Below are positions 56,642-61,645 of a DNA stretch of 61,645 nt, one piece after another. Position 1 is the first letter of the stretch. Every line of letters begins with the position of its first letter. This DNA comes from Candidatus Norongarragalinales archaeon (GTDB taxonomy: Archaea; Micrarchaeota; Micrarchaeia; Norongarragalinales; Norongarragalinaceae), in assembly GCA_038884755.1 (NCBI GenBank), contig JAWABJ010000003.1:1-61645 (forward strand), written 5' to 3'. A program made the translations under genes and the position numbers. The notes beneath the pieces are model-generated. The model had not been told where the DNA came from, did not search any database, and saw only the letters and a program-made list of their open reading frames with translations.

Positions 56642-57802
56642 ATGCGTTCTGTTTCGGTCATAGGCGTGGGAATGGCAAAGTTCGGCGAGCGGTGGGACGC
56701 CAGCCTAAGGCAGCTCGTCGCCGAAGCCGGGCTCATGGCTTTGCAGGATTCGAAAATCGACGGAAAAGACATCCAGGCAATATTCGGGGGATGCATGGCT
56801 TCAGGACGCTTTTTGGGACAAGAACACATTGGGGCGCTGATTGCCGACCAATTGGGCTTGAACCCCGTCGCTTCCACTCGCTTGGAAGCCGCTTGCGCAA
56901 GCGGAAGCGTCGCTTTCCGCAGCGGCATAATGGCGGTCGCAAGCGGAATGTACGACGTGGTTGCAGTAGGCGGAGTAGAAAAAATGACCGAGGTTAGCGT
57001 AGAGGACGCCGCGACTGCGTTAGGCGGGGCAGGCGACCAAGAGTGGGAACTTTTCCAAGGCGCGACTTTTCCCGCGCTCTACGCGCTAATGGCCAAACGC
57101 CACATGAAAGAATACGGAACTACGGAAGAGCAAATGGCTTTGTGCGCAGTCAAGAACCACGACAACGGCTCGAAAAACCCGTACGCCCAATACCAAAATA
57201 AAATCACTCTCGAAACGGTGATGAACTCGGGCATAATAGCGTCTCCCTTGAAGCTTTTCGACTGCTCGCCAATCACCGACGGCGCGGCCGTTGCAATATT
57301 GTGCGAAACCACAAAAGCCAAAAAGATTTGCGAACAACCCATCGAAGTAATTGCAAGCTCGCAGGCGAGCGACACGCTCGCCCTCGCTGAAAGAAAAAGC
57401 TTGAGCGAATTGAACGCCACTAAGATTGCCGCAAGGCAGGCGTTCGAACAGGCGAAGCTGAAGCCAAAAGACATTCAGGCGGCCGAAGTACACGACTGCT
57501 TCACAATCGCGGAAATAATGGCTGTCGAAGATTTGGGCTTTTTCGAAAAAGGAAAGGCGGGGAAAGCGATAGAAGCGGGGGAAACAAAACTGAACGCGGC
57601 GATAAGCGTAAACACTTCGGGCGGACTCAAAGCATGCGGCCACCCGGTAGGCGCGACTGGCGTGAAGCAAGTTGTGGAAGCAGTATGGCAATTGCGAGGC
57701 GAAGCCGGAGAAAGGCAGGTTAAAGACATAGAACATGCTTTGACTCACAATGTTGGCGGAAGCGGGGCTACCGCGACCGTGCACATTTTCAAGAGAGCGT
57801 GA
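56642..57802 (+). CDS. Acetoacetyl-CoA thiolase
   Basis: EAACASG, DCSPITDG, EVHDCF, GHPVGATG, NVGG. Confidence 0.94.
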   Translation: MRSVSVIGVGMAKFGERWDASLRQLVAEAGLMALQDSKIDGKDIQAIFGGCMASGRFLGQEHIGALIADQLGLNPVASTRLEAACASGSVAFRSGIMAVASGMYDVVAVGGVEKMTEVSVEDAATALGGAGDQEWELFQGATFPALYALMAKRHMKEYGTTEEQMALCAVKNHDNGSKNPYAQYQNKITLETVMNSGIIASPLKLFDCSPITDGAAVAILCETTKAKKICEQPIEVIASSQASDTLALAERKSLSELNATKIAARQAFEQAKLKPKDIQAAEVHDCFTIAEIMAVEDLGFFEKGKAGKAIEAGETKLNAAISVNTSGGLKACGHPVGATGVKQVVEAVWQLRGEAGERQVKDIEHALTHNVGGSGATATVHIFKRA

Positions 57803-57809
57803 TTTTGAA

Positions 57810-58208
57810 ATGAGGGAAGCTTTGCCGCTGGTTTGGAGGGAAATTCCCGAACGATACAATTTGATAGGCAGCGTTTGCGAAAACTGCAAGCACGAGTTCT
57901 TCCCGCAGCGATTGATATGCCCCAACTGCAGGCGCAAGGGCAACCTTGCAGCAAAAAAAATGCCCGAAGAAGGGAAAATCTATTCTTTCACCGAAGTGCA
58001 CGCGGGCGCGAAGGGATTCGAAAACGAAACGCCTTACGTGCTCGCAGTAATCGAGCTTTCCAATGGCGTGAAATTGTTGAGCCACGTGGTCGACTCGCCG
58101 GCCGAAAAAATAAAAATCGGGGCTGGAGTGAAAGTGGTTTTCCGCAAGATTTTCGCCGAAGGCGAGGAAGGAATAATCGCTTACGGATTCAAATTCAAAG
58201 TGTTGTAA
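57810..58208 (+). CDS. DUF35 Zn-ribbon/OB-fold scaffold protein
   Basis: CENC...CPNC, GKIYSFT, YGFKF; completes the established archaeal HMGS-thiolase-DUF35 triad. Confidence 0.92.
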   Translation: MREALPLVWREIPERYNLIGSVCENCKHEFFPQRLICPNCRRKGNLAAKKMPEEGKIYSFTEVHAGAKGFENETPYVLAVIELSNGVKLLSHVVDSPAEKIKIGAGVKVVFRKIFAEGEEGIIAYGFKFKVL

Positions 58209-59039
58209 TCAAAAATTCCAGTCAGCCTTCTTTTTCCTCCTCTTCAAAAGCAGGGAAAAGATTGACGTTCCGGCGAACAAAAACGAAAACACCATCACGG
58301 GACTCAAGAGCGTTGACACCACTCTCGCACCCAAACCGTCCATTCCACCCGTAGAAAACGCCACTGCCAGCGTCGGGACTCCAACGGCCAACGCAACAAC
58401 TATTCCTACCATTAAGTACACTACGAGGTTGACGAGCACAAGCCACAGCACGTTGCCCAAAGTTGCTGAAAGCGAACTGCCCATTGCCGAAAACAAGTCG
58501 CTTTCGCGCGAAGCGAAGAAAAACTGCGTTTGGGAAAGGCGCAGAACGTTGTAGAAAAACACGCACAAGTAAGCCGCAAAAAGAATTCCGGCTATCACCC
58601 ACAAAGCAAGGGCGTTGCTGGAAAGTGCGATTAGCGAAACCAAAACCAGTCCGACCAAAACCACCAGCCCGCGAGGGTTGAAAACGCTAGTCAGCGCTGC
58701 TATCAAAACGACAAAGTCGAGGAAAAAGTATGCCACGAAATCCATGGTTTCGAGCTTACGGGCTTTCTGCTTTCGCGATTTTAAAGCGAATTGCAAAACC
58801 AAAAGCTCCACTGCAGAGCTGAAGAACGAAAGCAAAATCGTAAGCGCCAAGGCGAAGGCGAAAACCGACGTGCCGGCTTGAGCGCGCATCAGCTCCAGCC
58901 AGTCGAGCCGCGCGGCCAAAAGCCCTTCAGAAAAAAGCCAAACCAAACCCAACAAGGCCAAGTAAAAGTAAAGTTTCTTGAAACCGCCCTTCCTCCACTC
59001 GAAGGCGAACTTCGCCGACTCCACAATCCCGTCAGACAT
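58209..59039 (-). CDS. Hypothetical polytopic membrane protein
   Basis: About 6-7 TM helices; SAMGSSLSATLGN. Confidence 0.6.
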   Translation of the reverse strand: MSDGIVESAKFAFEWRKGGFKKLYFYLALLGLVWLFSEGLLAARLDWLELMRAQAGTSVFAFALALTILLSFFSSAVELLVLQFALKSRKQKARKLETMDFVAYFFLDFVVLIAALTSVFNPRGLVVLVGLVLVSLIALSSNALALWVIAGILFAAYLCVFFYNVLRLSQTQFFFASRESDLFSAMGSSLSATLGNVLWLVLVNLVVYLMVGIVVALAVGVPTLAVAFSTGGMDGLGARVVSTLLSPVMVFSFLFAGTSIFSLLLKRRKKKADWNF

Positions 59040-59107
59040 AAGCTAGATAAAAAAAGCCGCGAATAAAAAATGAGCGGTTTTTTGAAATTGCGAGAGGGTG
59101 GTTTTTC

Positions 59108-59461
59108 TTGGAAACTTCAGGGTTGAAGCCGACAGTGCCGTACACGGATTTCGCAAAACTGGATTTGCGAGTCGCGAAAATACTCAACGCGGAGAAAGTC
59201 GAAGGGGCGGACAAGCTGCTCAAGCTCACGGTTTCGTTGGGTGCGTTAGGCGAAAGGACGATCGCAGCTGGAATAGCGCAATACTACTCTCCCGAAGAGC
59301 TCGTGGGGAAAAAAATAGCTGTTGTTGCTAACCTCGAGCCGAAAAAGCTTCGCGGCATAGAAAGCAAGGGAATGCTACTCGCCGCTTCAACAGAAAACGA
59401 CGAGCGACTGTGCCTTCTTGTTCTTGACCGTGATTTGCCGGAAGGAAACGTAATACGCTGA
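59108..59461 (+). CDS. tRNA-binding OB-fold protein (MetRS C-terminal/Trbp111/CsaA family)
   Basis: DFAKLDLRVAKI...GADKLL...NLEPKKLRGIESKGMLLAA. Confidence 0.92.
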   Translation: METSGLKPTVPYTDFAKLDLRVAKILNAEKVEGADKLLKLTVSLGALGERTIAAGIAQYYSPEELVGKKIAVVANLEPKKLRGIESKGMLLAASTENDERLCLLVLDRDLPEGNVIR

Positions 59462-59470
59462 ACGCAAAAA

Positions 59471-59590
59471 TGCGGCGACCGGGAATCGGACCCGGGCTTC
59501 CGCCTTACTGCGCAATCCTTCTTTGGTCGAGCTTTCTTCCAAAGAAAGGTCGCTTGGCAAGGCGGTATCATGCCACTAGACCATCGCCGC
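59471..59590 (-). tRNA. tRNA-Gly(GCC) with a 49-nt intron at 37/38 (59506-59554)
   Basis: GCGGCGA/TCGCCGC acceptor stem, CCGCC/GGCGG anticodon stem; canonical BHB (UUGC/GCAG with two 3-nt bulges). Confidence 0.92.
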
Positions 59591-59641
59591 ATGCGAAGAA
59601 AACGGAAAAAAATCTGTTTGGCAAGGAAAATAAAGATTTGT

Positions 59642-61219
59642 TTACGCTTTGCGCCTGAAGAAAAGCCACAAGGCCGCAAGCAGAACTAAAACCACCGCCC
59701 CGAACGCCGCGATGCTTTCAGTGTCCAAAGAGCCCTGTTTCGGCAGTTCTTCCGGAGCTTCGACGATTTCGAACGGGTGGGTTGAGGAATACGAGGAAGT
59801 GATGATGTTCAAAACGCCCTTGTTCCCGGAAAGCGGCTTTTTGAAGTTGAAGCGCACCTGCTGCGTTTCGCCCTTTGCAAGCAAAATGCTTTGCGACTGC
59901 GTTTCACCCCCCAAAGACATCGAAGCCAGAGCCTGCGCGTCCTGGTTGCCAGCGTTGGCCAGCGTTGCTATTACCGCCAATTCGGAAGTAGCCTGAACCG
60001 ACTCGATAGTAGTCAGAAGAATTCTTATCCTGCCCTGCGCCTGCACTTTCGGCTCTCCGGAGATAGATGCCTTTTCCTTCACGCCGTAACTGGAAACTTG
60101 AACGGTGAAGTTGTAAACGAAATTCTCTTCTAGCTTGGGAAAAAGCACGCTCCATTCGGTTTCCGCCACGCCGTTTTCAGGCACGAAAAGCAATTTCGAT
60201 GAATCTCCCACTATTTTTACTTCAAGCTCTTTCGGCTCCGAAGGCACGGTCAAAAGCAGAGGAACGGCATGAGGCTTGGAATCCCCGTTTTGCACTACCA
60301 CCTTCACCTTTTCCGAAGCGAGACTCCCCACTTTTTCCGGCGCCTGGATTGAAAGTTTGAAAAACTCGCGCGGTTTTTCGAAGGAAACAAGTTTAATGTC
60401 CTGTTGCTTGGTCATGCTCAAGCCGCGCGTAAGCTCTTCCTTTATGTCCGCCTGGTCGAAGCCGTAAGCGAAAACCAAGTGGCTGCCGTCGAGTGTGTCA
60501 ACTTCGTTGTAAGTCGGGTCGAAAGGAATCCACTTTCCGCCTATCAAAACCTCGCTCCAAGCGTGGGGCCCCCATTCTTTCCCAGAGAAAACCCAGCCTG
60601 CGACGAAACGTGAAGGAATTCCCTTCGCTCTGAGCAAAGCCATCGCAAGGTGCGCGTACTGGTTGCAAACGCCCTTCTTCTGCACGAAAATGTCTTTTGA
60701 AGTCGGCTGCTTCAGCCAAAAAGAATCGTCGTAAACGATGGAATTGTGCACCCACTCGGTAAAACGCACGAGCGTTTCGAAATCGGAAACCGAGTTTTGC
60801 GAGAGTATTCCCGCCTGGGTCGCAATCGAATCGTCCAAAAGCACCAAGCGCGTTTGCTCGGAGTATTTCTCCGCATCTCGCGCCGACGCGTCCGCCCAAT
60901 GCACGTCGTAATCCACACGCGCGCTTACATTCAGCTGAATGGTTTTCGGCTCGTCGTCAAGCCACTCGAAAACCAGCAGGTCGTTGCCGAACTGGTCTTT
61001 CTCAGTAGTGAAGGAAAAGTTGGAAGAGTAGGAAACGGTTTGGAACGTGGTGTTGGGGTAGCCGAACGTCTTCAAAACCTTTTTTCCCGGCACCACGCCA
61101 TCGATGTTCCACCGCAAGTCCAAGTCTATGCTCGCGGGACCGATGTCCTTGGCTTCGACTGCGAAAACGATTGCGGGACTCAACAACAGGAAAAATGTGA
61201 GAAAAACGGCTAGTTTCAT
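59642..61219 (-). CDS. Secreted, C-terminally anchored transglutaminase-like protein
   Basis: Signal peptide; GVCNQYAH, HAWSEV and FDPT triad; beta-sandwich domains; TM followed by RRK. Confidence 0.85.
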   Translation of the reverse strand: MKLAVFLTFFLLLSPAIVFAVEAKDIGPASIDLDLRWNIDGVVPGKKVLKTFGYPNTTFQTVSYSSNFSFTTEKDQFGNDLLVFEWLDDEPKTIQLNVSARVDYDVHWADASARDAEKYSEQTRLVLLDDSIATQAGILSQNSVSDFETLVRFTEWVHNSIVYDDSFWLKQPTSKDIFVQKKGVCNQYAHLAMALLRAKGIPSRFVAGWVFSGKEWGPHAWSEVLIGGKWIPFDPTYNEVDTLDGSHLVFAYGFDQADIKEELTRGLSMTKQQDIKLVSFEKPREFFKLSIQAPEKVGSLASEKVKVVVQNGDSKPHAVPLLLTVPSEPKELEVKIVGDSSKLLFVPENGVAETEWSVLFPKLEENFVYNFTVQVSSYGVKEKASISGEPKVQAQGRIRILLTTIESVQATSELAVIATLANAGNQDAQALASMSLGGETQSQSILLAKGETQQVRFNFKKPLSGNKGVLNIITSSYSSTHPFEIVEAPEELPKQGSLDTESIAAFGAVVLVLLAALWLFFRRKA

Positions 61220-61269
61220 GAAATAAGCAAAGAAACAAGTGAATAAAATGATTAGCTACTGCAAAAAAA

Positions 61270-61645
61270 TTAATCTTTCCTAAGCCCAATGAGGGCTTCT
61301 TCCAACGTTCTAAACTTTTCTAGATTTTTAGGATTGTTGCTTCCTATAAGCTCTTTCCAAAGCAGAAAGTTCCTCCAGCCGCTGAGATAAAGAGTGTTTT
61401 TTATCCATTTACAATTAAATCGGCGGTCTTTTTGCGCTACATCAAAATAGACGGCAGCTTTAAAACCGAGATTTTTAAGAACCTCTGCTAAATCAGCAAT
61501 TATTTCTTTAGGCTTCATTTTGAATGAAATGACTGGATAAGCTTTGAAACGTCCTTTAGCATAAATTGCTATATGGCCGTCAGTATCAAACAAACCCCGA
61601 ACAAAACTCGCGGAAAAATCATCCTGGCGTTTAACCCAGTCGGGA
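61270..61645 (-). mobile_element. LAGLIDADG homing-endonuclease-like gene, 5' end beyond the window
   Basis: Frame open to the edge: PDWVKRQDDFSASFVRGLFDTDGHI...NNPKN; visibly more AT-rich than neighbouring genes. Confidence 0.8.

Overview
Archaeal chromosomal segment. A histone, TFB, Gar1, eS1/eS8/eS28/eL24/L7Ae, split GuaAA/GuaAB and BHB-type tRNA introns establish the domain; the gene content suggests a DPANN lineage such as Micrarchaeota (inference). It holds housekeeping genes (GMP synthase, glmS-glmU-glmM, pyrC, prenyl synthase, split Hef, RNase HII, Trm1, ValRS, GluRS, NAD kinase), two intron-containing tRNA genes, and two clusters of secreted/lipoprotein/membrane-anchored surface proteins (~13.6-28.4 kb and ~34.9-38.9 kb) whose large minus-strand genes share a 34-bp identical promoter, one copy next to a TrmB-family regulator. 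A complete mosaic classical mevalonate cluster lies at 48.4-58.2 kb, with an embedded AEC transporter and a HAD/Nudix pseudogene, and a LAGLIDADG gene is cut by the right edge. Best candidates for novelty: an apparently intact GGDEF (diguanylate-cyclase-like) protein in an archaeon; the co-regulated surface-protein system with a shared Cys-rich module and a recurring [ST]G[FL] pre-membrane motif; a possible mevalonate transporter; and structured ribosomal-protein leaders. All calls come from motif recognition by eye; no database searches were run.
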